Source: an uncultured Victivallales bacterium
GTDB taxonomy: Bacteria; Verrucomicrobiota; Lentisphaeria; Victivallales; GWF2-38-69
DNA: 46,565 bases
Assembly (NCBI GenBank): GCA_964625675.1
Contig: CAZVCD010000001.1
Span: forward strand, 1 to 46,565
Direction of reading: 5' to 3'
In this document: positions 1-10,240 of the stretch, piece after piece
How the letters are laid out: each line of letters begins with the position of its first letter
Numbering within the stretch: the stretch's first letter is position 1
Notes under the pieces: model-generated
What the model was told of the DNA's origin: nothing
The model's input: only the letters and a program-made list of their open reading frames with translations
Database searches by the model: none
Translations under genes and position numbers: made by a program

Positions 1-54
1 TCAAAAACATATTTTCCCAAAAAATAGGGGGTTTTCTCCCAAGCACTAAATATG

Positions 55-185
55 TAGGGACACGTGACGCATGTCTGGTAGTGTGCCTGTCTGGTATTGC
101 ACGTTACATGTTTGATGATAGACGCTCCCGCGACTGCGGGATCTCTACGGAGGGCCAGTGGCATCAGGTTATTATGGGCAAATAA
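55..185. other. GC-rich hairpin-dense island, candidate structured RNA (unclassified)
   Basis: 65 G+C in the 120 nt at 61-180 by my count, against an AT-rich background. Local hairpins at 59-75, 83-102 and 127-140. No credible coding frame. Confidence 0.25.
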
Positions 186-200
186 ATTTATTCATGTAAA

Positions 201-782
201 TCATTTGTCTTTATTGAAAAAATATAACACTGCCTGTTCAATATTAGCAAAGACAGAAAAACTTTTTTCCAGTGCATTTTTTTTGTGTTCTTTACCATGC
301 CCGGTTTCAACAAGTATTGCCGAGCATCCTGAATTTTCAGCCGCCATAAGGTCTGAAACTTTATCACCAACTAAAAATGATTTAGATATGTCAATATCAT
401 AGTCTTTTACAGCTTGTAGAATCATGCCCGGCATAGGTTTTCTACAGTTACAGTCAATTGCATATTTTTTAACAGTACCGTCCGGATGATGCGGACAATA
501 GTAATAGTGATCAATATTCAATTTATATTTTGTCAACTGCCTATCAATTTCTTTATGCACCTCAGAAATTGAATCTTCAGTAAAAAAACCTCGGGCAACA
601 CCAGCCTGATTAGTAACAACAATTACTTTATAGTTATTATCTTTGAGTAACTGTAACGCTTTAATAGATTCAGGCATAACACTAACCTGATCCGGTGAGC
701 TTAGATAATTAACTTCTTCTATAAGAACTCCATCCCTATCCAAAAAACATACTTTAGTTTTTTCTTTTTCAGAATATCTCAT
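201..782 (-). CDS. gmhB: D,D-heptose-1,7-bisphosphate phosphatase (HAD-IIIA, GmhB-like)
   Basis: 193-aa ORF. HAD motif I FLDRDGVL, VVTNQ motif, Zn-binding insert CPHHP...CNCRKP, and GDKxSD motif. Confidence 0.75.
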   Translation of the reverse strand: MRYSEKEKTKVCFLDRDGVLIEEVNYLSSPDQVSVMPESIKALQLLKDNNYKVIVVTNQAGVARGFFTEDSISEVHKEIDRQLTKYKLNIDHYYYCPHHPDGTVKKYAIDCNCRKPMPGMILQAVKDYDIDISKSFLVGDKVSDLMAAENSGCSAILVETGHGKEHKKNALEKSFSVFANIEQAVLYFFNKDK

Positions 783-785
783 AAG

Positions 786-1811
786 TTATACAGGTTTATT
801 TAATTTTCTTTTTTTACTTAAAACAAAAAATATGCCACCAAAAAGACTAAACAGAAGAATTAACGCGGAAAACAATAACGGTATTGCTACAGCATCACCC
901 TCAAAAAATCCTCCAGCAGTTAATATACTTTTGATAATAGCATCCCTTGTGCCTATACCAGATGGTGTGATGGGCAACAATCCTGCCGTATTACCAAGTG
1001 ATGTCGCAAGTATAAGTGGTTTTATGGCAATAAAAGATGCATGAATACCATGTGCTATAAAATAAAGAATAAAAGCCATATTTAATTGAATAAAAACTGC
1101 TCCAACAAGTATGCATTTAATAAGTGTTTTTTGGGCGTTACTGTATACATCAAGGATTTCTGTTATTCTGGATACAAATCCTTTTGTACATTTATCAGTA
1201 AAATTAATACCCCATGCAAATAGTTTGATTTTTTCCAATTTCCTGTGAAACAATATTGCCAGCCCCGCAATTATTCCCAAAAAACTTACTAAAATCAAAA
1301 GAATTGAAGTGATCTTAGTTAAATAATCCATTTTCATTATTAAAGGAATACATATTATTCCCATTATTATGCCGATGGTAAACTGACCAAACATTCCAAG
1401 AAACCTATCCATAAAAACAGTAGAAGTAGCTTCTAATTTTCGTCCTTTAGGTGTCCTGGACAGTAGAAAGCCTGTTTTCACTAAATCTCCTCCCAATGAA
1501 CCACCAGGAATAACCAGCGAAAAGAAAGCCCCCTGCATTGTAAGAGAAAATGCTTCAAAATAAGTGACATTAATTTGTAACAATTCAAGCAGCATAAACC
1601 ACCTTAAAGCACTTGCAAGCATAACAATCAGATACAAAACACCTGCCCCTAAAACCCAGAATACATCAATATTCTGTAAAACTTTTACAAAAGAATCATA
1701 ATTATTGTGTACAAGCCAAAAAATAATACCACCGGCAACGACAATTTTGAGCACAAAAAAAACAAATGATTTAAGTGTAGTTTTTAATGATTTTTTATTT
1801 TTAGATTCCAT
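786..1811 (-). CDS. Flippase-like / lysylphosphatidylglycerol-synthase TM-region family membrane protein (UPF0104)
   Basis: 341-aa ORF with a basic N-terminus followed by about 8 hydrophobic helices. 3-nt gap to gmhB. Family call is from overall architecture only. Confidence 0.55.
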   Translation of the reverse strand: MESKNKKSLKTTLKSFVFFVLKIVVAGGIIFWLVHNNYDSFVKVLQNIDVFWVLGAGVLYLIVMLASALRWFMLLELLQINVTYFEAFSLTMQGAFFSLVIPGGSLGGDLVKTGFLLSRTPKGRKLEATSTVFMDRFLGMFGQFTIGIIMGIICIPLIMKMDYLTKITSILLILVSFLGIIAGLAILFHRKLEKIKLFAWGINFTDKCTKGFVSRITEILDVYSNAQKTLIKCILVGAVFIQLNMAFILYFIAHGIHASFIAIKPLILATSLGNTAGLLPITPSGIGTRDAIIKSILTAGGFFEGDAVAIPLLFSALILLFSLFGGIFFVLSKKRKLNKPV

Positions 1812-1817
1812 AGTATC

Positions 1818-2588
1818 CTATTTTTTTATTCTGGTAATTATTCCACGTTTAGATAGATATTGTTTTACTGCCGGAACAGTATACGTTCCAAAATGAAAAA
1901 TGCTTGCTGCCAATACCGCATCAGCCTTTCCTTCCGTCAATACCTCATATAAATGATCAAGTTTTCCTGCTCCACCTGAAGCAATAACAGGAATTGAAAC
2001 ATGTTCAGAAATTATTCTTGTAAGCTCTATATCATATCCGTTTTTTGTTCCGTCTCTGTCCATACTGGTCAAAAGAATTTCACCAGCTCCGAGCTTAAAT
2101 CCCTGTTCAGCCCATTCTAATGCATCTATTCCTGTACAAATTCTTCCGCCATGGGAATAGACTTTCCATTTTCCAGGATTTAGCTCATCTCTTTTAGCAT
2201 CAATCGCAAGAACAATGCACTGGCTTCCAAAACGTTCAGCTCCCTGGCGGATGATATTAGGATTTTTGAGAGCTGCACTGTTGATAGATATTTTATCCGC
2301 ACCTGAGTTCAGCATAGTTCTCATATCATCTGCAGACCTTATCCCCCCTCCAACAGTAAGAGGAATAAACACCTTTTCTGCTGTTTTCCTAATAACTTCA
2401 ACCATGGTTTCTCTTCCATCACTTGTAGCAGTGATATCAAGAAACACCAGTTCATCGGCGCCCTGGCGGTTATATTCAATCGCAGCCTCTACCGGATCTC
2501 CAGCATCAACCAGATCTACAAAATTTGTACCTTTAACAACCCTGCCTTCAGTGACATCGAGGCAGGGTATTATTCTTTTTGCCAACAT
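1818..2588 (-). CDS. hisF: Imidazole glycerol phosphate synthase cyclase subunit HisF
   Basis: 256 aa. [28 protein letters not shown] and AASIFHFG motifs are all canonical HisF. Confidence 0.93.
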   Translation of the reverse strand: MLAKRIIPCLDVTEGRVVKGTNFVDLVDAGDPVEAAIEYNRQGADELVFLDITATSDGRETMVEVIRKTAEKVFIPLTVGGGIRSADDMRTMLNSGADKISINSAALKNPNIIRQGAERFGSQCIVLAIDAKRDELNPGKWKVYSHGGRICTGIDALEWAEQGFKLGAGEILLTSMDRDGTKNGYDIELTRIISEHVSIPVIASGGAGKLDHLYEVLTEGKADAVLAASIFHFGTYTVPAVKQYLSKRGIITRIKK

Positions 2589-2593
2589 ATTTT

Positions 2594-3883
<1,290 letters not shown>

Positions 3884-4109
3884 TTATTTATAATCTATTA
3901 CAATTCAAATAGTTAAAAATTATACCTAGAAAGGTAATATATTAAAGATATGATTGAAAGCAATTATTGCAAACTATTTAGCTATTCCCCATGAAAAATT
4001 AACTAAAAATATGAAGTGTCAAAAAGAGAAAAAACATCTACACATGTTAAAAATATATCCTAAACGTATAATCCATCTATATATACTTTACCGGACCTAC
4101 TTTTATATT

Positions 4110-4760
4110 CTACCAGCCTGCTTCGAGTAATGACGACATGGTAACATTTGAAGAGTTTCTGTTTTTTCCGGATAGAAATTTGTGTACATATTTCCCAATA
4201 ACATCTGTTTCAATATTTATTAAATCGTCTACTTTTTTGTCGCCAAGGCAGGTTTCATCCAATGTTGTAGGAATTAAATGAACACTCAAAAACGTATCAC
4301 TTAACTCTACAATAGTTAACGACACCCCATCCAATGCTATGCTCCCCTTCTTAACAAGGTAAGAGATCAGTTCTTCAGGATACCCAACCTTTAAGATTTT
4401 ATCCCGTCCTGCCTTTTTCCATTCAAGGACTTTGCCCACAGCATCCACATGACCCTGCACCATATGTCCGCCCAGGCGATCACCAACAACAAGCGCACGT
4501 TCCAAATTGACGTTGCTTCCTATTTTAACAGTTCCCAAATTAGTTCTCTTAAATGACTCGTGCAGTACATTAAATGATAAGACTTTACTGCTGTATGAAG
4601 GCAAAGATGAAAGAGTTAAACAAGTACCATTAACAGCAATGCTTTCGCCAAGTTTTAGATCACTGAAAGGATTTATAGGCAAGATTTTTAAAATACCCTC
4701 TTCACCGTTCAGTTCTCTGCTTTTCAATATTCCAATTGTCTCTACCAGTCCTGTAAACAT
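4110..4760 (-). CDS. ribE: Riboflavin synthase alpha chain
   Basis: 216 aa. MFTGLVE N-terminus and two internally repeated lumazine-binding halves (GESIAVNGTCLT / GSIALDGVSLT). Confidence 0.9.
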   Translation of the reverse strand: MFTGLVETIGILKSRELNGEEGILKILPINPFSDLKLGESIAVNGTCLTLSSLPSYSSKVLSFNVLHESFKRTNLGTVKIGSNVNLERALVVGDRLGGHMVQGHVDAVGKVLEWKKAGRDKILKVGYPEELISYLVKKGSIALDGVSLTIVELSDTFLSVHLIPTTLDETCLGDKKVDDLINIETDVIGKYVHKFLSGKNRNSSNVTMSSLLEAGW

Positions 4761-4951
4761 TTAAAGAATTTCTGATTTTAGATGTTAGATTTCAGATTTG
4801 TTTAGATGTTCAATATAGTTCTTGCTAAAAAAAATCCTAATAAATTTTATGTTTATAATAAGCATTTATGCATAAATAGAACTATATTCGTTTTTTTGAA
4901 TTTACATAAAATTTATTATTTAACCATACCAATAAACAAGGAAATATTTTA

Positions 4952-5998
4952 ATGAGTACAAACTACAGCTTATACCTTCCTAAAAATTACAAACGTCAGC
5001 TTAGCGTAAAAGACACTGAAAAAGCAATCCAACAAATTAAAGAGTTTTTTCAGGTAAATCTAGCCTTTGAACTCAATCTAATAAGAGTTACGGCACCACT
5101 TTTCGTAAAAACCGGAACAGGACTCAATGATGAACTAAATGGTATTGAACGCCCTGTTTCATTTCACATGAAAGCTCTCAATGAAGAAAAAGCAGAAATA
5201 GTCCATTCGCTTGCAAAATGGAAACGTGTGATGCTTGCTGATTTAGGATTAAATTCAGATGAAGGCCTTTACACAGACATGAACGCTATCAGGGCAGACG
5301 AAGATCTCGACAATATACATTCACTCTATGTCGACCAGTGGGACTGGGAAAGAATTATTACTAAAGAACAGAAAAACCTTGATTTTCTTAAAGAAACGGT
5401 TCGGAAAATATATGACGTCATCCAAAGAACTGAAAAATATATCAGCTATATCTATCCGGCATTAAAACCTTTTCTCCCACAGCAAATCACATTTTTACAT
5501 GCCGAAGACATCGAAAAAGATTATCCGAAACTTACACCGAAAGAAAGAGAAAAAGCTATCTGCAAAAAATACGGAGCTGTTTTCTTAATTGGAATAGGAA
5601 ATGATTTAAGAAACGGGAAGCCACATGACGGCCGCGCTCCGGACTATGATGACTGGTCAACTCCTACAGATAAAGGATATAACGGGTTAAACGGTGATAT
5701 TCTTGTTTATAATCCGGTTTTTGACAATTCATACGAACTTTCGTCAATGGGCATAAGGGTGGACAAAGAAGCCCTATTGAAACAGTTAGACAAAAGAAAC
5801 TGTAATGAGAAAAAAGAACTGCTTTTTCATAAACGTCTATTAAACGGTGAACTAACCTCTGCAATAGGCGGTGGTATCGGTCAATCTAGACTTTGCATGC
5901 TGTATTTAAGAAAAGCCCATATCGGAGAAATTCAGTCGAGTATCTGGCCGGACGGTATGAAAGAAGAATGCAGAGAAAATAATATTTTTATTCTATAA
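4952..5998 (+). CDS. asnA: Aspartate--ammonia ligase (asparagine synthetase A)
   Basis: 348 aa. SLYVDQWDWE, class-II aaRS-like core and GGGIGQSRLCM motif typical of AsnA. Confidence 0.9.
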   Translation: MSTNYSLYLPKNYKRQLSVKDTEKAIQQIKEFFQVNLAFELNLIRVTAPLFVKTGTGLNDELNGIERPVSFHMKALNEEKAEIVHSLAKWKRVMLADLGLNSDEGLYTDMNAIRADEDLDNIHSLYVDQWDWERIITKEQKNLDFLKETVRKIYDVIQRTEKYISYIYPALKPFLPQQITFLHAEDIEKDYPKLTPKEREKAICKKYGAVFLIGIGNDLRNGKPHDGRAPDYDDWSTPTDKGYNGLNGDILVYNPVFDNSYELSSMGIRVDKEALLKQLDKRNCNEKKELLFHKRLLNGELTSAIGGGIGQSRLCMLYLRKAHIGEIQSSIWPDGMKEECRENNIFIL

Positions 5999-6036
5999 AA
6001 CGGCTAACATGCTACGATAAAACAGGAACTACATTT

Positions 6037-6996
6037 ATGCGAGCTGTAACATTTAACAATAAATTAAGCTATGTTTCAAACTATGCAAAGCCCTCATTAG
6101 AAACAGGCTGGGCTGTTGTAAGGGTTTTAAAGGCAGGTATCTGTAATACTGATTTGGAATTAATTAAAGGATATATGGGATTCCATGGAGTGTTGGGACA
6201 TGAATTTGTAGGTATTGTTGAAGAATGCAGCAAGCCTGAATGGTTGGGTAAACGAGTTTCAGGCGAAATTAATTTTGCCTGTAATAACTGTGAATGGTGC
6301 AGTCAAAAGCTTGGCAGGCACTGCCCAAATAGAACAACCCTGGGAATTTTTAAAGCTGACGGCTGCATGGCTGACTATTGTAAAATTCCGATAGACTGTT
6401 TAATCGAAATCCCAGATGATATACCTGATAACAAAGCCGTATTTATTGAACCGCTTTCAGCAGCCTGCGAAATTCTGGAACAACTGAAATCCTGCGTTAG
6501 CGGAACAGAGAAAGTTGTAGTTCTTGGTGATGGAAAACTCGGCATTTTATGTTCATGGGTTTTAACAACAGCATTCAATGATGTAACACTTGTGGGTCAT
6601 CATAATGACAAATTAAAGTTAGCTTCATGGAATAAATTAAAAACTACCACTGATATAAACAGTGTTTCCTCCCCAGATATTGTAGTAGAAGCCACCGGTA
6701 CTTCAAGTGGTTTAAATACAGCTATAGACATCTGCAAACCTCGCGGCAAAATAATTTTAAAATCAACCGTAGCTGATCAGAAACCTGTAAATATGACCAA
6801 AATAGTTGTTGATGAAATTTCAGTTATTGGTTCCAGATGCGGCCAGTTTAAAGACGGCTTAGCTGTCATGAAAAACCAGCCGAATATACCGCTAAAAAGA
6901 CTCATCACAGCCACTTATCCGGCAGAAAAAACACTTGAAGCATTTAAAAAATCTGCCCAAAAAGGCGTTTTAAAAATTATTATAGATTTTACTTAA
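6037..6996 (+). CDS. Zinc-dependent medium-chain alcohol/polyol dehydrogenase family protein
   Basis: 319 aa. Catalytic Zn motif GHEFVG, structural Zn Cys cluster CNNCEWC...C, and GDGKLG Rossmann motif. Confidence 0.75.
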   Translation: MRAVTFNNKLSYVSNYAKPSLETGWAVVRVLKAGICNTDLELIKGYMGFHGVLGHEFVGIVEECSKPEWLGKRVSGEINFACNNCEWCSQKLGRHCPNRTTLGIFKADGCMADYCKIPIDCLIEIPDDIPDNKAVFIEPLSAACEILEQLKSCVSGTEKVVVLGDGKLGILCSWVLTTAFNDVTLVGHHNDKLKLASWNKLKTTTDINSVSSPDIVVEATGTSSGLNTAIDICKPRGKIILKSTVADQKPVNMTKIVVDEISVIGSRCGQFKDGLAVMKNQPNIPLKRLITATYPAEKTLEAFKKSAQKGVLKIIIDFT

Positions 6997-7177
6997 AACA
7001 CCCGAGTTGGCATTTACAGATTTTTATACCATCTCTATTACAAATTTTTGCTATGGCTAAAAGATTTACACCCTGCTCTTCAGCTATACTAAAGACGGCA
7101 GGACACGTTAATTTCATTTTTCCATCTTCTTCAGTACACTTTTCAATAATACTTTTTTTCAATCTGTCTTCAGTCAT
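6989..7177 (-). CDS. Small Cys-rich protein (62 aa) translationally coupled to modB, function unknown
   Basis: ATG at 7177 overlaps the modB stop as ATGA. Strong SD aaggag lies 6 nt upstream. Product MTEDRL...CKCQLGCFK has 5 Cys. The ORF-track start at 7243 is an upstream extension inside modB. Confidence 0.55.
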   Translation of the reverse strand: MTEDRLKKSIIEKCTEEDGKMKLTCPAVFSIAEEQGVNLLAIAKICNRDGIKICKCQLGCFK

Positions 7178-7944
7178 GTTTTTCTCCTTAATTTTAAATA
7201 AAAAATTATTTTTATACATATAATACAAATAAATGCAATACAAATAGATACCACGCTTGCCGCTATACCGGCACTGAAATCACCTCCGGTCATATTCAAA
7301 TAGATATTTATTGGGATATTCTCTGTTTTAAAAGGAATTCCACCCCCAACCATTAGTGTCGCGCCAAATTCTCCCATACATCTCAACCAGGTAAGAATCA
7401 ATCCGGAAAGTATTCCTGGAAAAGCTATTTTAAATGTAGTATCATAAAACGATTTAAAAGGTTTGGCTCCTAAGGTCATGGCAACCATCTCATATACAGG
7501 CGATACAAGTTCAAAAGCGCTTTTTGAAGATTTTATTGTCAGCGGAACCGCTACAAAAAACTGTGCTATAACAGCACCTGCCGTTGTAAAAATAAACGGA
7601 TATAATTGTTTAATAATAGGAACATTGAAAAAAGTTAGCAAAAACACACCGACAACTAATGGAGGTATAATCATCGGAATATCAAAAACTGCGTCAAGCA
7701 ACCCAGAAAAAACACCTCTACTTCTTGCTAGGAAAAAGCCTGATGGAACTCCAATCACAAAAGATAAAAATGTAGCTATTAACGATGTTTTCAAACTAAA
7801 AAAAACAGAGTAGACAAACTCTTTGTTTTTAAAAAGGGCAAATATAGCTGAAGAATTTGTTTTCATTACACCTGAAAGTAAAACCACAATAATAAAAACA
7901 AACAGTAGGCATATTAATAATTTTGTTAAAAACGAAAGTTTCAT
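7174..7944 (-). CDS. modB: Molybdate/tungstate ABC transporter permease
   Basis: 256 aa, 5-6 TM helices, CysTW/ModB-type EAA-like loop (LGAKPFKSF). Flanked by the binding protein and ATPase genes. Confidence 0.8.
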   Translation of the reverse strand: MKLSFLTKLLICLLFVFIIVVLLSGVMKTNSSAIFALFKNKEFVYSVFFSLKTSLIATFLSFVIGVPSGFFLARSRGVFSGLLDAVFDIPMIIPPLVVGVFLLTFFNVPIIKQLYPFIFTTAGAVIAQFFVAVPLTIKSSKSAFELVSPVYEMVAMTLGAKPFKSFYDTTFKIAFPGILSGLILTWLRCMGEFGATLMVGGGIPFKTENIPINIYLNMTGGDFSAGIAASVVSICIAFICIICIKIIFYLKLRRKT

Positions 7945-7996
7945 AAAAGATTTTTATCCATGTATATCACAGGTATATTTTTTAGAAATTCAGGTG

Positions 7997-8746
7997 TCAT
8001 TTCAGCAACTCAAAATCATATTTTTTAAATATATCAGCCTGCTGGCGAATATATTTTCCAAAAATCCTCGCATTTTTAGTGTTTGTACAGCTTTTAAGAG
8101 TAACTAAATACGCACATTCAGGAACATTATATTTTGAAGGTACATCTACATAGGAAATATCATTTGCTTTAGCTACAGTGTCAAACATTAATCCCGCATC
8201 CACGACTCCCGTTAAAACATAATTAACAATATGGGAAACTGAAACAGCATAAACATATTCATTCTTCTTAATTTGTGCTGAAAGTTTACTGCCCATTCTT
8301 TTTTTGATTTCAATAAATATTTGCCCAAGCGCCATAGCTTTAGGATTACCAACCGCCAATTTGTAGTTTTTAGTAACAAGGTCATTAAACGTTATTTTTT
8401 TTCCATCCAGTTTCGTTGCCAAACCAAAGACAGGTTTTTGTTCCAAAAGTTTATTATAACTCTTAACTATGCGGGCTTTCAGAGCTTTGTCTAAAAAATA
8501 TTTTGATGCCGGAGTGTAAATATCCCCCTTGCCTGATGCAAGTATTTTGCTAAGCAGCTGCCCCGAACCACCCGGTATTAATACAACTTTAATATTTTTA
8601 TTTTCACTGTTAAACTTTTGAACAATTTCTTTGCCTGGTTTAATCATCGAAGCACCTAAAAACCAATAAAGTTCATTAGAAGAATCAACGACAGGAGAAC
8701 AAGAAAAACACAAAAGACAAAATAACATATAAATTATTATTCTCAT
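7997..8746 (-). CDS. modA: Molybdate/tungstate ABC transporter periplasmic binding lipoprotein
   Basis: 249 aa. Lipoprotein-type signal (LLCFSCS) and ModA-like GGSGQLLSKI...DIYTPAS motif. W versus Mo specificity cannot be decided from the sequence. Confidence 0.7.
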   Translation of the reverse strand: MRIIIYMLFCLLCFSCSPVVDSSNELYWFLGASMIKPGKEIVQKFNSENKNIKVVLIPGGSGQLLSKILASGKGDIYTPASKYFLDKALKARIVKSYNKLLEQKPVFGLATKLDGKKITFNDLVTKNYKLAVGNPKAMALGQIFIEIKKRMGSKLSAQIKKNEYVYAVSVSHIVNYVLTGVVDAGLMFDTVAKANDISYVDVPSKYNVPECAYLVTLKSCTNTKNARIFGKYIRQQADIFKKYDFELLK

Positions 8747-8765
8747 TTTCTGTTTTTACTCCCCT

Positions 8766-9875
8766 TCACTTCATTTTTGATTTCTTGCATAAAACAAAAG
8801 TATCTTGTTTTAATACGACACATGCCTTTTCGCCTTTTTTCAGTTTTAAAAATGCTGATTCAAACTGCGAAAGATGAATATCCAGCAAAAAACCAGACAC
8901 TGCCTGAAAAAGAGCCCTTATATATTTACCTCTATAGCTAATGTCCTTAATAACTCCATCAAAACGATTATCATAATGAAGCATTTCTTTATCTGCTCCA
9001 ACTAATATATTATTCGGTTTTATACATACAAACTCAGCATCCTCTGGTATTTTTTTGTCCTTTAAACTTAATTTAAATCCATTTGACAATACAATTTCAT
9101 TATCTCTAATCAATGATATAGGGAAAATATTTTTATAGTCCAGTAACCTCGCGGTTTCAATATAACTAGGAGAATTATAAATATTTTCCACCAGGCCATA
9201 TTCAATTATTTTTCCATTATCAAGCACTACAATTTCCTTGCCTACAATAAAAGCATCCTCAACATCATGTGTTACAAAAATAATTGGTATGTTTATTTCA
9301 TCGGCTAAATTTATCACGAGTTCTTTTAAACATTCTTTTACTGGAGTATCTAATGCACTAAACGGTTCATCAAGTAAAAGTAGTTTAGGACGAATCATGA
9401 GGACACGTGCCAATGCCACTCTTTGCATCTGTCCTCCAGACAGTGTCGCGGGCATACTGTCAAGCTTATGCCTTATCCTCAGCCTGTCAATAATATTATC
9501 AAAATATAAATTATTAAATGGAAGTTTCTGTGTTTTTAACCCGTAAACTATATTTTCCTTTACGGTCATATTTGGAAAAAGAGTGTTTTCCTGTGGAAGA
9601 TAGCCAAAATTTCTTTTGTATACAGGGATATTCTTATTGCAAAATTTCAATGACAAATTCTGTACATTAGATTCTGCATGTAGTTTCGAAAATAGACATT
9701 GATTATCAAAATATATTTCACCTTTATCAGGTTTTACAAAACCTGCAATCATTTTTAATAAAGTAGATTTTCCACAACCGGAAGCTCCAAACAGCACAAC
9801 TCTATTCGTCTCGGTCTTAAATGAAAAATTCATTTTATCAGTTTTAAATGATTTTGTAATGTCAATTTTCAGCAT
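8766..9875 (-). CDS. modC: Molybdate/tungstate ABC transporter ATP-binding protein with C-terminal TOBE-like domain
   Basis: Walker A GASGCGKST, signature LSGGQMQRV, Walker B LLLLDEP. The ATG at 9875 is preferred to the TTG at 9878. SD gggaagg upstream. Confidence 0.8.
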   Translation of the reverse strand: MLKIDITKSFKTDKMNFSFKTETNRVVLFGASGCGKSTLLKMIAGFVKPDKGEIYFDNQCLFSKLHAESNVQNLSLKFCNKNIPVYKRNFGYLPQENTLFPNMTVKENIVYGLKTQKLPFNNLYFDNIIDRLRIRHKLDSMPATLSGGQMQRVALARVLMIRPKLLLLDEPFSALDTPVKECLKELVINLADEINIPIIFVTHDVEDAFIVGKEIVVLDNGKIIEYGLVENIYNSPSYIETARLLDYKNIFPISLIRDNEIVLSNGFKLSLKDKKIPEDAEFVCIKPNNILVGADKEMLHYDNRFDGVIKDISYRGKYIRALFQAVSGFLLDIHLSQFESAFLKLKKGEKACVVLKQDTFVLCKKSKMK

Positions 9876-10240
9876 CAAAGTAAACCTTCCCGGTTATTCT
9901 ACAGCCAATCATCCTCCCTATTATCCAACAGCCTATCCCGTTAGATGAAAGAGAGGACAAGCTGAGTAAAAAGACATATTTTTTATATAGTTTCAAGTGT
10001 AGTGAACCGCTTAATATATAATGTATTAATTTTATTTCACACCGACTATAAAAAAACAGGCATTCTTTAATACAAAAAGAATGTAATTATTTTATCAATA
10101 CCTTATAATATTGAATAAAATTCTATTTCTCTGTTTTTTACAGGCCATAAAATATTACCCGGCCCAACATTCAAATAGAATTGACAGTAAAATACTATAT
10201 TCAATAGATTAATGATAAATACCTAATCCATAGTAAAATC

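Noticed and set aside
120-175. Local resemblance of cccgcgactgcgggatc to the E. coli RNase P RNA hairpin CCCGCGCAAGCGGGAUC
   Set aside because: None of the universally conserved RNase P elements (GGAAAGUCC, ACAGAA..CGGCUUA) is present on either strand. There is not enough non-coding space for a 350-400-nt RNA.
4761-4951. Looked for an FMN (RFN) riboswitch upstream of ribE; found only a tandem AGAT(G/T)TT array (4775-4810)
   Set aside because: No GC-rich RFN core is present on the minus strand. The AGATNT units look like AT-rich low-complexity or promoter DNA. A similar ctgaaatctaa string upstream of the HD-GYP gene (about 39527-39545) is too short to support a shared-regulator claim.
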